Positions 1 through 13,143 of a stretch of 64,000 bases of DNA are shown here, piece after piece. The position numbers and the translations under genes are program-made. This DNA is from Pecten maximus (Eukaryota). The notes under the pieces were generated by a model. The model did not search any database, was not told where the DNA came from, and was given only the letters and a program-made list of their open reading frames with translations. How positions within the stretch are numbered: position 1 is the first letter of the stretch; each line of letters begins with the position of its first letter. Location: assembly GCF_902652985.1 (NCBI RefSeq), contig NC_047019.1:21390001-21454000 (forward strand). Reading direction: 5' to 3'.

Positions 1-16
1 ACGACCGTATACAAAG

Positions 17-328
17 ATGGCCGTGTCCAGTGCAGGCGCATCTACGCCAAGGCGGGTGTTCTTTTTGGACAAAAGGCGGTTGTTCTTTTTGGACAATATC
101 TGTTTGATATGTGGGTTTTGGTTTGTCCAAAAAGAAATATCAGCTGAAGGTAAAAAGATAATTACCACATTCACTAATCAGAAACTGAAACTTTCGGCAG
201 AAAGAATCAAAGACATAGAATATGTGGTTGGTGTTATTGAGTGTGAACGGGTTGAAATAGGTGGGGCCATGTTTACATTCGTCAACCAACCGCCGTTTAA
301 AAGAAGGAACGTTTTTATTGGCTGTTGA
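17..328 (+). other. Short ORF with a CxxC motif (CLICGF), possibly a transposon-derived or zinc-binding fragment
   Basis: 103-aa ORF with protein-like composition and a duplicated FFLD segment. No family could be assigned with confidence. Confidence 0.2.
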
Positions 329-838
329 TTTTCGAGTTATGGAAATGATAAAGGTCATCTGCACATGACCTCCTGTTGGTCGCTGTCAGATCCTCAACAG
401 ATAGTATTAGGATCTGTATTTTAATCAGACTGTTGCTGGTCTAACTTCTTTTTCTTAGTTGTTGACAATTTGATCATGAACATGTTGAAAGTCAGTCAAG
501 TTACAGCAATTTTTATTAGAAAATTATTTACTCACCTGGCTCTAATGGCCGGTGAGCTTAGGCAGTGGACAGGCATCAATCATCCCTCCATCTGTCTGGA
601 GCATTATTGGGCAACATATAAAAAAGTCTTGCATTATGTAATCAATTAAGAATCTTAATCTTACGTTGTATCAGTGTAATATGTAATTACTTGATGAAGG
701 GCTCATATTAAATTATCTAATGAGTTTATAAAATTCCATGTTATATTGACAGTGATGAAAGATTCTCTGTGTAATGGTGAACTCTCTGTGTGGCTTTATT
801 GTGTAGGAATATATTCATGTTAGATCATTAATTTGTAG

Positions 839-2613
839 GCATTGTTATGCTGCGAGTGGATGGCATTCTGGATGGCATTGTCACTTCTTCCTTCTCAGAG
901 ACAGAAAATGTCCAGTTGTTCAACGATGATCCTCCCCAGGTCCAAGCTCCAATGGATGATCCTCCCCAGGCCCAAGCTTCAATGGATGATCCTCCCCAGG
1001 TCCAAGCTCCAATGGATGATCCTCCCCAGGTCCAAGCTCCAGTGGATGAAGGTAATTTTGATGTACATCTTTATGAAAGAGATTGGCATAGAAAGGGATC
1101 TATTTTATTCAAACTTAAGTTAGTTATCAGGTTCAGAGTAAATCTGACTTCATTTGTGTGACATATCTTCTCAGTGACAAGACAAAATAGGTGTTTGGCT
1201 GTGTGCTACACTGTCAGGTAATATCTACCTGTATGTGTTAAGGGTTGAATTAACAGGTATTTCTGGTTGCCATCGCTATTTCTTGAAAAGTACTGGAGGG
1301 ATATTTCTCAAACTTCATTGTAGGTTCCTCTTGGTTCCAGGTTGTGCCAATTCAATTTAGATTTTTGATCAGATAAACAAAATGGCCGACAGGCAGCCAT
1401 CTTAGATTTTGAAAATTAAATATTGTTATCACTATTCCTTGAAAAGTACTAGAGGAATAGTTCTCAAACTTCATGTGAAGGTTCCTATTGATACCAAGTT
1501 GTGACAGTTAAAATTTTTATCAGAAAAGCAAGTTTGTTATTGCTATTCTTTTGGAAAGTACCAGAGGGATGTGTCTCCAACTTCACATGTAGGTTCCACA
1601 TGTTCATGCTATCGGATCATTATTTAGAGGAAAAAGAAAGAAGGGAAAAGTAGATGTTCAATCTGACATAGAACCAATAAAGATCATTCAATGATGGCCA
1701 CCAAGATCCCTCTGGGATCTCTTGTTTTGTCAAAATATTAATATTTTGAAATATAGATTCTAACTCAGCCCCTGATACTAGTGTGATGTATAGTGACAAT
1801 GTTAGCTTTACTTTGTACCGATGGTGAACTCATCCCCTAATTCTAGTGTGAGGTATAGTGATTTACAGTGTGAGGCGAGCTTTGTACCGATGGTGAACTT
1901 GCCCCCGTAATGTTAGTGTGAGGTATAGTGATATACAATGTGAGGCGAGCTTTGTACCGATGGTGAACTCATCCCCTAATACTAGTGTGAGGTATAGTGA
2001 TATACAGTGTGAGGTATAGTGATATACAGTGTGAGGCGAGCTTTGTACCGATGGTGAACACATCCTCTAATACTAGTGTGAGGTATAGTGATATACAGTG
2101 TGAGGTATAGTGATATACAGTGTGAGGCGAGCTTTGTACCGATGGTGAACACATCCTCTAATACTAGTGTGAGGTATAGTGATATACAGTGTGAGGCGGG
2201 CTTTGTACCGATCGTGAACTCGCTCCCTAATTCTAGTGTGAGGTATAGTGATATACAATGTGAGGTGAGCTTTGTACCTTTGACCGTTCACTTGTCTTAC
2301 TACCAAAGATGCTTATAGATATATGTACATCAGTAAATGTATATTTAAAGCTTGACTGTGGAGATAAAATAACTCAGACATTGTATATCATTACATTTTT
2401 CACTTTCAATTTTCAGAACTGAAAAGGATTCAGGAAGAGAATGAAGAGTTAAAACAACGGCTATACTGTGGGATTTGTGAAGAAAATGAGGTGGCAATAC
2501 TTTTCCTACCCTGTTATCATATTCTTTGTTGTGCAGAATGTGCACCAGCATGTAAAGTCTGTCCGTCTTGCCAAAGTCGGATCACGGGTGTAGCCAAAAT
2601 CTATCTGTCTTAA
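839..2613 (+). CDS. IAP-like gene 1, 3' part (acidic repeat exon plus C-terminal C3HC4 RING exon); 5' exons not identified in window
   Basis: Exon 839-1051 (tgtag|GC ... GAA G|gtaatt) encodes ~4 copies of DDPPQVQAPM. Exon 2417-2613 (ttcag|AA, phase 1 matches) encodes ELKRIQEENEELKQRLYCGICEENEVAILFLPCYHILCCAECAPACKVCPSCQSRITGVAKIYLS*, a typical IAP coiled-coil plus RING terminus. The RING exon is absent from the ORF track because it has no ATG. Confidence 0.8.
1268..1726 (+). mobile_element. Degenerate Helentron-type non-autonomous element (same family as 5050-6840), 5'-truncated, intronic
   Basis: Diverged 155-bp-type units (ATGGCCGACAGGCAGCCATCTT) and the same 3' end CCAAGATCCCTCTGGGATCTCTTGTT. 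Confidence 0.75.
1765..2280. repeat. Intronic minisatellite, ~69-bp unit with an internally duplicated ~21-bp subunit
   Basis: Repeats of TAGTGTGAGGTATAGTGATATACAGTGTGAGGCGAGCTTTGTACCGATGGTGAAC..., about 6-7 copies. Confidence 0.9.
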
Positions 2614-2926
2614 ACAGCTATCCAAGGATAATTCTATATATATCACATCTTGGACGGGAATAAGAGAGATGGATGACATTAACAATTAAAGCTGACAGTG
2701 CAAGTTAAAAATTCATGATTTACAAGATATACACAGTTTCAGTATTCAGAAATTGTTTCTGAGATGTACCCATATAATGAGAGTATGTTCCATTCATTCT
2801 TCCTCTGTATACTGTGTAACATCGCTGTAATTCTGGTGATGTTGAGATGTTGTTGAGTTTGGAACGCTGAAAGGCTGGTTAGTGAAAAAGTTCTGTTGTG
2901 ATATTCTGCTCATTAGATAAAAACCG

Positions 2927-3127
2927 TCTATGGCCTGCTACGAGTTGTCAGGTGACGAACTAACTCTATGGCCTGCTACGAGTTGTCAGGTGACAGACTA
3001 ACTCTATGGCCTGCTACGAGTTGTCAGGTGAAGGACTAACTCTATGGCCTGCTAGGAGTTGTCAGGTGACGGACTAACTCTATGGCCTGCTACGAGTTGT
3101 CAGGTGATTGACTAACTCTATGGCCTG
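2927..3127. repeat. 38-bp tandem repeat (~5 copies) downstream of gene 1 stop, probably in the 3' UTR
   Basis: ACTCTATGGCCTGCTACGAGTTGTCAGGTGAnGGACTA repeated; period 38 (3001 to 3039). Confidence 0.9.
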
Positions 3128-4239
3128 GTAGTGGTTTATTTCATTACCATTTGCATGGAATACTCCAACTAGTTTTTCCAATCCTGAATTATACGTTTAT
3201 ATATATAAATAGTGTTCTACTTCAGACTTTGTAGACTAAGTGCCATTATCGTGATAGTAAAATGGCCCTTTAGATTTGAGACACATGTTAAGATGGGAGG
3301 AAATATATTTAGAGACTTTCTTGTTCAGGACAGGCTGTGAAATATGTGATAGACACTCATTCCTACTCCAAAGTGAATCATGGTGCTGATATGTCTGTGA
3401 TGTGTTTTGAAATGTTTTTAAACTGTTAAAAATGAAAAGTTGATGTGGAAACATGTTGGATATTGCGTGGGAGATAATAGCATCTTACATTGTGATTCAG
3501 TGAAATCCAGTGGACACTGTTTTTCATTTCAAATGATAAATGGAATCTATGGAAGAATTATTTTTGAAAAGTCTGTCCATAAGTAGTCGTTAGTACATAT
3601 GTCACAACGTTTTGTTAATTATGCTGTTAAGGTTAATTCAAAGCAAAATTTATATTTATAATGCATTTATTTGTAACCAAGTGGTCTTCATTATATGTTT
3701 ATAGGTTTTTTCAATTATAGGGCATAAAATGCACATGTTCTCACTATCTACACAGATGAGTGTTTTCTTAAATGGCCATTTCCTTTGATTCTTTTTCTTT
3801 GTTTAATTTTACATTTGTTTTCAAGATATTTATTTGAGTGTAATACAGTTACAATCAATATATTTGATTCTAGTCTATGCCCTAGTTATTTTAGATAAAT
3901 TTACATGGGAACTGATTTTCAATAGTGTGATTTATAATAGATTTTCAGTCAAGAAAAATATTTTAGATAATAACAATGAAAGTTATTAATATAAATGAAA
4001 TGATATATAGGTTTTAATTAGATAATTCTGTTAATGAACATAGGGACTAAACAACAACTGAATACATATTGACAAAATTAGATGATATGACCATACCTGG
4101 ACATTGTAAAGAGACTTACTTGCCAAAATATAATGATAATTTTGCATTTTATTGTTAAATTAAAGTTTATATCAGGACATATGTTATCATGTATACAACC
4201 TATGTACAACAAATTCATCTACTTTTAACATGGTACAGG

Positions 4240-5049
4240 GTCTGTCATCCTTTGTCTGTCCGTTCTTCAACTTTCCTTTACATCACTACTAGTCCTGAAT
4301 GCCTGAATGGATTTTGATGAAATTTGGTCTGGAGCATTATTGTGTAAAGGAGATATAATGTTGTGTAAATGAAGGGTGTGGCTCTCCTGGGGCCAGAGGG
4401 GCGGGGCCAAATAGGAGAAATTGAGTTAAATCATTAAAATCCCTACTATAGTCCTTAACACTTCAATGGTTTTTAGGTCACCTGAGACAAAATCTCAAGT
4501 GACCTATTCTAACTGCCTTTTGTCCATCGTCTATCCATAAACAATTTACATCTTTGACTTTTGCAAAATTGCTGAACCAAATTCATTAAAATTTGGCAGG
4601 AAGCTTCCAACCAAAAGGTCAACTAAAATTGAGAATTATATGGTCCCGACACCACCAGGGGCCTGAGGAGAGTCAAATTGAATAAAATTTTCAAAAATCT
4701 TCTTCTCAACTCCCCAGTATAGTAGAATAGGTACTCTTTTATCCAAATTTTGAATTGCGAAGACCCTGGGGTCTCAGTTTTGCTATCATTTGTTTGATTT
4801 CTAATGGAAATCATTTTAATTTTAACATTATCAGCATAGGATGACAGCTTAATGGTATGCACATGTTGGCATAAACTGACCCCCAGGAGCATATGGGTGG
4901 GGCCAAAAGTGGTCAAATTTACTGAAACTTCTTCTCAAGATCTAAATAAGGTAGAATCAAATACGCTCCATAGATAGAAGGGTCTTAAGGAGCTCTACCA
5001 AAATTGACTAATGCCTCTTGGTTGATGGGCATGATATAGTCAACCAAGG
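4240..5049 (+). mobile_element. Nested old Helentron-type repeat fragments
   Basis: Head TTTTAGGTCACCTGAGACAAAATCTCAAGTGACCTA (hairpin) at ~4470, degenerate GTCC microsatellite, and GGGGCC-rich diverged units. Confidence 0.5.
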
Positions 5050-6840
5050 TTTTTAGCCCACCATCATCAGATGGTGGGCTATTCAAATCGCCCTGCGTCC
5101 GTGGTCCGTGGTCCGTCCGTCCGTCCGTAAACAATTCTTGTTATCGCTATTTCTGAGAAAGTACTGAAGGGATCTTTCTCAAATTTCATATGTAGGTTCC
5201 CCTTGGTGCCTAGTTATGCATATTGCGTTTTGAGACCAATCGGAAAACAACATGGCCGACAGGCAGCCATCTTGGATTTTGACAATTGAAGTTTGTTATC
5301 GCTATTTCTGAGAAAGCACTGAATGGATCTTTCTGAAATTTCATATGTAGGTTCCCCTTGGTGCCTAGTTATGCATATTGTGTTTTGAGACCAATCTGAA
5401 AACAACATGGCCGACAGGCAGCCATCTTGGATTTTGACAATTGAAGTTTGTTATCGCTATTTCTGAGAAAGCACAGAAGGGATCTTTCTCAAATTTCATA
5501 TGTAGGTTCCCCTTGGTGCCAAGTTATGCATATTGTTATTTGAGACCAATCAGAAAACAACATGGCCGACAGGCAGCCATCTTGGATTTTGACAATTGAA
5601 GTTTGTTATCGCTATTTCTGAGAAAGTACTGAATGGATCTTTCTGAAATTTCATATGTAGGTTTCCCTTGGTGCCTAGTTATGCATATTGCGTTTTGAGA
5701 CCAATCTGAAAACAACATGGCCGACAGGCAGCCATCTTGGATTTTGACAATTGAAGTTTGTTATCGCTATTTCTGAGAAAGCACTGAAGGGATCTTTCTC
5801 AAATTTCATATGTAGGTTCCTCTTGGTGCCTAGTTATGCATATTGTGATTTGAGACCAATCAGAAAACAACATGGCCGACAGGCAGCCATCTTGGATTTT
5901 GACAATTGAAGTTTGTTATCACTATCTGAGAAAGTACTGAATGGATCTTTCTGAAATTTCATATGTAGGTTTCCCTTGGTGCCTAGTTATGCATATTGCG
6001 TTTTGAGACCAATCTGAAAACAACATGGCCGACAGGCAGCCATCTTGGATTTTGACAATTGAAGTTTGTTATCGCTATTTCTGAGAATGTACTGAATGGA
6101 TCTTTCTGAAATTTCATATGTAGGTTTCCCTTGGTGCCTAGTTATGCATATTGCGTTTTGAGACCAATCTGAAAACAACATGGCCGACAGGCAGCCATCT
6201 TGGTTTATTGGCAATTGAAGTTTGTTATCACTATTTCTGAGAAAGTATTTAAGGGATCTTTCTCAAATTGCATATGTAAGTTTCTCTTGGTGCCTAGTTA
6301 TGCATATTGCGTTTTGAGACCAATCTGAAAACAACATGGCTGACAGGCAGCCATCTTGGATTTTGACAATTGAAGTTTATCGCTATTTCTGAGAAAGTAC
6401 TGAAGGGATCTTTCTCAAATTTCATATGGAGGTTCCCCTTGGTGCCTCGTTATGCTAATTGCATTTTGAGATCAATTGGAAAAACAATATGGCCGACAGA
6501 CCGCCATCTTGGATTTTTACAATTGAAGTTTGTTATCTCTATTTCTCAAAGTACTGAATGGATCTTTCTCAAATTTCATAAGTAGGTTCCCCTTGGTCCC
6601 TTGTATTGCATTTTTGGACCAGTCTGTCCTGAAAACAACCTGGCAAACAAACAGCCATTATCGTTAAATCTCAAATTTCTTATATTGCTAGGATTCCTTT
6701 GTTTGAAAAGTACTGGAGGGATGTCTCAATTTGCACAGATTAGTAAAATGAAGGGAAAAGTAGAGAAAAGATCAATCTGACATGGAACCTATGAAGATCA
6801 TTCAATGGTGGGCGCCAAGATCCCTCTGGGATCTCTTGTT
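5050..6840 (+). mobile_element. Full-length Helentron-associated non-autonomous element (HINE/DINE-1/pearl-like) carrying ~10 x 155-bp tandem units
   Basis: 5' TTTTAGCCCACCAT-CATCAG-ATGGTGGGCTA hairpin and (GTCC)n microsatellite. Units have a 155-bp period (CATGGCCGAC at 5251, 5406, 5561, 5716, 5871...). 3' subTIR GGTGGGCG and terminal hairpin AGATCCC-TCT-GGGATCT followed by TT. Confidence 0.9.
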
Positions 6841-8704
6841 CATTTTTGAATAAACATTTTAAACAAAAATCTGTTGACTTGGGTCATCATTGCCTGGATT
6901 ACATAATCAGATATGTACTAGCTGCACTGCTATCCAAGAATATAAACAATAGTATGCCAATAAATGATATTGTCATCAAATGCAATACCTATATAATTAT
7001 GTAACAGTTGGATTTTACATACAACCCAGGTTCTTGATAATATTTAATAGTACCATGTTTTGAATATATAAACCACAAGAATTAGATACAGGTCCTGCAC
7101 TTATTCAATACTATCATTGGCAATATACAACAACTAGTAACCATGACTATTTACAGTACCACAGAATAAAACCATCTTCCACACTATAATATAAGAAGTA
7201 GCTAGAAATAAAAATACAACCAAATGAAGTACCAGCCAACGACTTTTAAAGCTCTATCCAACTTCCCACACACATACATAAAGTAGCACACTTTTCCATT
7301 CACAATGGTGCACATAGATTGGCATACATTGTTTTCAATATAAACTACACAATCATAATTACTCGCACACATTCCCAACCTTAATAATGCTCTCATACTA
7401 CATATATTTTACATTCTGAACACATATATTCACACTCGCAATTGATAATTCAACAAAATACCCTCATACATACACAAATACATTCTTCTGCTAAGGGACA
7501 TAACTCTCAAACAAAGGTACATTACTCGCAAAATCCTTTCAAAGATCTCGTCTTTTTCAAACGAGGCTGAGGTCAAAACAGCTAAAATCATAGACTTTCA
7601 TATTATCTCTATATCTGCCAACAAATCTATTGGTAAACTAATTTAGGAATAATGATGATATTAAAAAAATCAAATGATTGTAAAAGCTATCTTGTATTTG
7701 GTTACAGTCTTTGCCTAAGTTACAAATATGATAAAAGGTTTTTGAACACAATAACAGAGTTCTGGCGTGTAAATGATAAATCATGAGTTGGAATAGAAAC
7801 CTGGATTTACACCAGACCATTGAAAAAGTACAAGGAGAACAAGTCTGTAATGGAAGGTTAGGGATCTGTTTCATCGCCGACACCAGCCATGCAAGTCAAA
7901 GTAAAAATCCAGGTAGATATAAAATTCTCAAAATAAGGACAAGAATGATGACAACGGAACCACCACCGATAGTAACGAACACAACACGTGGAAGTTCAAA
8001 TCACACAAGGACTTCCTAATGAAATCATGAGGTCACGCATAAAAGTTTTCACGGACTCCAGAAATCTGATACCTCATGTTCTTTGTCCACTTGAAAGAAA
8101 TATAAACTTTATTAATTTAAGAACAATTGCGAAACAAGTTAAAACAATTTATATTAATCACTTGTTGGCCTGGATGGAAACACGCAAGGTGTATCACGTA
8201 TTTTGTTCTCTAATTGGCCAACATAAATAATCACGGATCAACCATTATCATCAGATAGGAGTTATGTTTGTGTAGATACGATGACATGTCGGCACACCGG
8301 GAGTGATGTTTACCTCCAATTCTGGCCTCTTGAAAACGTGACGCAAAGATCTCGAGTCCTTGGTCCAGTTGTTAAAAAAGTGATAAGCCTAATCAATTGA
8401 TTAATGGAAAACTAAAGCTCATCTGTCCTTTATTTGAAAACATGTGTGTAAATAGTTTGAAGAGTGTTAGAGGGTTGTAAAATATTGCAAGCTAATTTTA
8501 CCCGAAATGATATAAAAGGATTTTCAATGGTTAAAGTGTGATTAGTCTATACAGAGACCTATATACTAAATTTTGCATGTGTATTATTTTCCCCATTCTA
8601 TCTCCACTCAGGTAAACTAGTCTACACATTTTGTATCCACGTCGTCCTGTCTAGAAGGGCTGACTGAATAGCGACAAGGTTCTCCCATTTACAGTTTTCA
8701 CATC

Positions 8705-9415
8705 TTTAGCTCACCTGGTCCTAAGGATCAGCAAACTTCTGCCATGGCGCAGAGTCCAGCGTCCGCCGTCTGGCCGTCCATCAAGCGTCTGTCATCATTT
8801 CATTTAAATCGTTACTTGCTCTAAACAAATATGGTCTGGAACATACCTGGGCAAGTGATGTAAAAGGCATGGCTCCCCTTAAACCGCAGGGATGGGACCA
8901 AATAGTGGAAATTGGTCAGGTGTAGCATTGGGTAAAGGAGATTCTATGGTGTGAACTGGAGGGTGTGGCTCTATTCGGACCGGAGGGCCCAATTAAGGGA
9001 AATAGAGGTTACTATTTTAAATAGTTACTAGTGATGAATGATTGAATTAATTAGATCAGATTTGGTCTAGAGCATAATTGAATAAAGGAGATCTAATAAA
9101 TGGAGAATGTAGCTCCCGGTGGTCAGTAGTGGTAGGTGAAAAAGGGGAAATAACTTTTATGTTGTTGCTTCTCCTGAGCGGCTGAAAGGATTTTGATCAA
9201 ATTTTTGTCTTGCATTGTTTAGTTGAAGGAGATCCAATGTTGCATAAATCGGGAACAAGTCTCTCAAGCGAACAGAGAGATAGGCAAAATAAAAGAAATG
9301 GAGTTGAACCCTTTAAACCGCTACTAGTCCTAAACGACTAATTCTAATGTGATCAAATTTGATCAGTAGCATTATTTGGCGAAAGTTGTCCAAAGTTGTA
9401 TGAAAGGAGGATGTG
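8705..9415 (+). mobile_element. Old Helentron-type non-autonomous element, 3'-truncated
   Basis: Head TTTAGCTCACCTGGTCC, degenerate CGTC microsatellite, and diverged ~150-bp units (AAATTTGGTCT..AGCATTATTG.. repeated). Confidence 0.6.
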
Positions 9416-9827
9416 TATTTGGAAACACCGACATGTATCATATCTTTGTGGCAGGCGGGTCACAACCCCGTCATCTAATTGTCGTTTAGACACCTGGGAA
9501 CACCTACACAGAAGGTATGTATGTATACCACAAAATCAAATAGATGTTATTTGGTCAAGACAAAATGTACAGCCCATGTACTACCAGATACATACTGTTA
9601 TCATCATGTTCAATCGAAAGCAGGAATAGGCTGATAATTATTCTAATACAACAAAAATAACAATAGTACACATACTTACATGCGCTTTTACAAAACTCTC
9701 TCTCTCTCTCTCTCTCAACCAAGAAACCAATGCAGGTATTATACAGTATAAACCATTAATTCCAAGAATATTAATATTATCACAACCACTTTGTGATAAA
9801 GTAGGCTTCCTAAAAAAAACTACAATA

Positions 9828-10441
9828 TTAAACCCATCTGTGTCCCATATAAAACATTCCCTCTGGATTCGGATACCATTGACGAACTAATAGTAAGACA
9901 CAATCTGGTATTATTTTCCTCCTGGTCCAAACACATTCATCAGCTTCTGTTCTCTGAAATTGTCTCATTTTTCTTCTTTTGTATCTCGGATCTGCCCATG
10001 CCCCTCTTTGAGAAAGAAGTGTCCAGAATTTCCTGTACCGTATTTTTCTTAATCCGGAATTTCTATCGTGTGGGCGTGCACCATTACCAAGCCATGATTG
10101 AATATTAGTTGTTATGCAAGGATTACATAAACAATTTGACATTCTCCATCCTGAACTTCATCTGATAGGTCATCATGATCTCCACCAGCATTACCGGAAT
10201 TACCACCTGCTGAGGAAGAGGTTACATTCCTGTCAGAATTAGTTTCAAGATTTCTGTTGTCTATAATGTGGTCCGTCAGCAATTCCGATGAATCTTCAGA
10301 TGTTGCCCAAGAATTAGTTACAATGGTATCTTCAAAGTTCCAGTTATGATGTCCAAATAGTGCCGAAATAACATCTAACTGTTCTCTTGCGAGTAGAAGC
10401 TGTACATTTCTCTTTTCATCCTCCATTCTCTTTGATAACAA
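9828..10441 (-). pseudogene. KolX-like accessory protein of a Kolobok-type transposon (P2X7 ballast-like Cys domain), frameshifted
   Basis: Two overlapping ORFs (10112-10441 and 9828-10142) join at DGEC/CLCNPCIT. Motifs CIT..., RN..RK..YRKFW, IPDCVL..VR..YPNP.G..YMG resemble, from memory, the KolX/P2X7 C-terminal domain. Oriented head-to-head with the transposase. Confidence 0.6.
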
Positions 10442-11042
10442 TTTATGAAGGAGTATACACTATGTAGATGCTATATCCTGATACTGGACATCACAAAGAG
10501 AAAAAGGGCGCAATAAAATTGGAGGCAGAGACTGGACACTGGGTCAATCTATTCTGTGAGGGTTGTATCAGGTAGGTGTTACATAATATGTAAACCAAAT
10601 CTCACAGAAAAGGCGAGATCTGGTCATATAATTATTTATATATTTATAATGAAATCAATTTTGGTTAAGTGTTAATATAATTTAAATACAATTATCATCT
10701 TTTATATATAATTGGACATAACAATAAAAATGCGGTCCCCATCTCTAAGTTTTATAGGTAGAATTGTCCAGACTGTTCTATTTTTCTAGATGAGGGTGAC
10801 TGAAAAAAAATATATGTATACAGAAAAAAAAATAACAAGAAAATGCCGAAAATGTGATAACATTTTTAAAATAAAATTTAGTCGTCATTAAATTTTTATT
10901 AAAAGTAAAACATACATGCAGATAAAATTGCATGACATTATGGTTGAGTATATCGGCACCCCACGTAATAATGGGTTGATCCATATAGATATATTGTGAA
11001 ATTCATATGAAGAAACAATAAATTTCTAAATTGCTTTCAAAC

Positions 11043-12876
11043 ATGACTGACCAAAATCCACAACCACCAAAGAGAATACGAGAAGAGAATAGAAACGAGA
11101 ATCCAAGAGAAAAACGTGTATCAGACTCAGGAGAAATGATGAAAAGAAGAAATGAAAAGAGAAAAGAATAAGACAACAAGCCTGTCCTTGGCAATGATAG
11201 ATTCTATGTACAGTCAGATGAGAAGGAAACCAAAGTATTCAACAAGACAAAACAAGGCGCAAAATACCGACAAAACAAGGGCAAAATACCGACTAAACAA
11301 GGGCAAAATACCGACAAAACAAGGGCAAAATACCGACAAAACAAGGCGCAAAATACCGAGCAAAACTACTACTGAATAGCAAGATATCAAATGTCACAAA
11401 CACAGAACTTTTGAATCATGTTTTGGATTTATTTCTGAGAACTTATGAAGATACAGTACCAGAAGATAACATTGAAAGTATTCAATTTAGACAGTATCTT
11501 CATTGCGAGAAAGATTCCACACAGCAAGCAATTTACTTTGTTACGGAATCAACCATCAGAAACATTTGTGCTGGAATCCAATTACACAGAAAGGAATGTG
11601 CAAAACTTGTTGATGTTAAAGACGTGCAACGTAGTGGACATGCTGCAAAACTGACTTTTATGTGTGAAGATAAGCATACCTTCAAGTGTGACACATCTCC
11701 TCATATCGAAGGAGGGAAGTATGTAGTCAATTTGAGGATGCTTCATTCCCTACTAGGAAGTGGACTACGTTACACTCGATATGAACGAATCGGAAATGCT
11801 GCTAATTTCGGTGTCTGCCCAGAGTACTACTTTGAAGGCATTCACGAGATATACTGTGACGTTACATCTGAGGTTACAAAAGAGTGTATCAAAGATGCTA
11901 CAAGTGATGAAGTTCCGCAAACAATATTGCAAGTAGAAGATGGAGACTATGAGGGAATTGACATTCTTACTGACGCGCGACATGGATGGAGAAAAAACGC
12001 AGCACAATCGGATATTATTGCTCTGGGATGTATGACACACAAAGTTGTCGGTGCTGTCACAGTAACACGTGATGATGATCCTGTCAGCCAAAGACATGAG
12101 CTTATTGGAGCGAAAACTTTATATAAGCATTTTGATGATTGTGGTGTTAATGTGAACATTCATGGACATGACAGGAACGCATCAATCAACAAATACTTAG
12201 AGGCAGAACAGCCATCTGTAACGAATGCCAACCACACCTGGCATGCTGCAAAGGGGGTAGCAAAAATCATCAAAAGTTTAACAAGTGGACCAAAGAAAAT
12301 GCATGGAAAAACATGGCATGGAGAATTATCTGACAAAGCAGCATCCATAAAAACTCGTTGTTACTATGCGATGAGACATTGTGAAAAGTCTGTGGAAAAA
12401 TTACGGATGCTGCTGGCCAATGTTGTGCAACATTACAAGGACATTCATGATGGTTGTTTGCCGAGTTCCCGCTGCCACACGGACGAAAATTATAAGCCAT
12501 CTAAGGTTATCATCAAGGAATCTGCTGCAGAGAAACTCCTTTTGCAGGCAATCCATGGCTTGCAAATTTACAGAAATGCAGAGGACTATATACATTATAT
12601 TGACACGCATTATGTTGAATCCTTTAATAATGCAGCACTGGTATACCATGACAAGAGAATTTTATTCTGTAATAAGGAATACCAGAGGCGTACAAACATG
12701 GCAGTTCTAGATTGGAACCAAAATGTTGATCGTGACTTCACATCAATAACTTGGTATGAGGATCCCCGCAAACCGCGATAAGATCAGGGCATAAAAACTT
12801 AACTCCAAAAAGTTATACACACCTGGAAAGACTTTGGAACAGTTTTATTTCATACTTATTAAGTTCATATTTCTGA
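11043..12876 (+). pseudogene. Kolobok-type DDE transposase, inactivated (main open segment 11411-12781)
   Basis: Motifs TDARHGWRKN, HDRN, (D>H)TWH, C/H cluster (HYKDIH..C...SRC), THYVESFNN..VYHDKR..F...Y.RR..MAVLDWNQNVDR. The N-terminus from ATG ~11043 is broken by a stop and ~21-bp duplications (11250-11360). A premature TAA at 12779-12781 is followed by in-frame RSGHKNLTPKSYTHLERLW. Confidence 0.75.
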
Positions 12877-13011
12877 CACCTTGATCTTTTTTGTGTCTTG
12901 AATATCAATATTATCAACAGAAGTGATTTAGGATATCTGCTTTATGTACTAATTAAGTAAGTATTACAGTATTGGCACATCAAGGTTTTTGATGTAAATT
13001 ATATATTTATT

Positions 13012-13143
13012 TAACAATTAAACGCTTGGTAGATTGTATTTATTGGCAAGATCAATGCCCTAACGGGCGTCATTCTATTTATCTGTCACCCAGATTGCAT
13101 TGATATTGACAATAAATACAATCTAACAAGCGTTTAATTGTTA
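13012..13143. repeat. Palindromic MITE-like element, ~47-bp arms
   Basis: TAACAATTAAACGCTTGGTAGATTGTATTTATTGGCAAGATCAATGC is the near-perfect reverse complement of GCATTGATATTGACAATAAATACAATCTAACAAGCGTTTAATTGTTA. Confidence 0.8.

Noticed and set aside
17-40. N-terminal AVSS as an IAP-binding motif (IAP antagonist in the cluster)
   Set aside because: Positions 3-4 do not fit the AVPI-type consensus, and the ORF itself is unsupported.
5214-6585. Repeated short ORFs MLFSDWSQN...
   Set aside because: Translations of the 155-bp repeat units.
11445-12710. Several overlapping alternative-frame and antisense ORFs
   Set aside because: Shadows of the transposase ORF.
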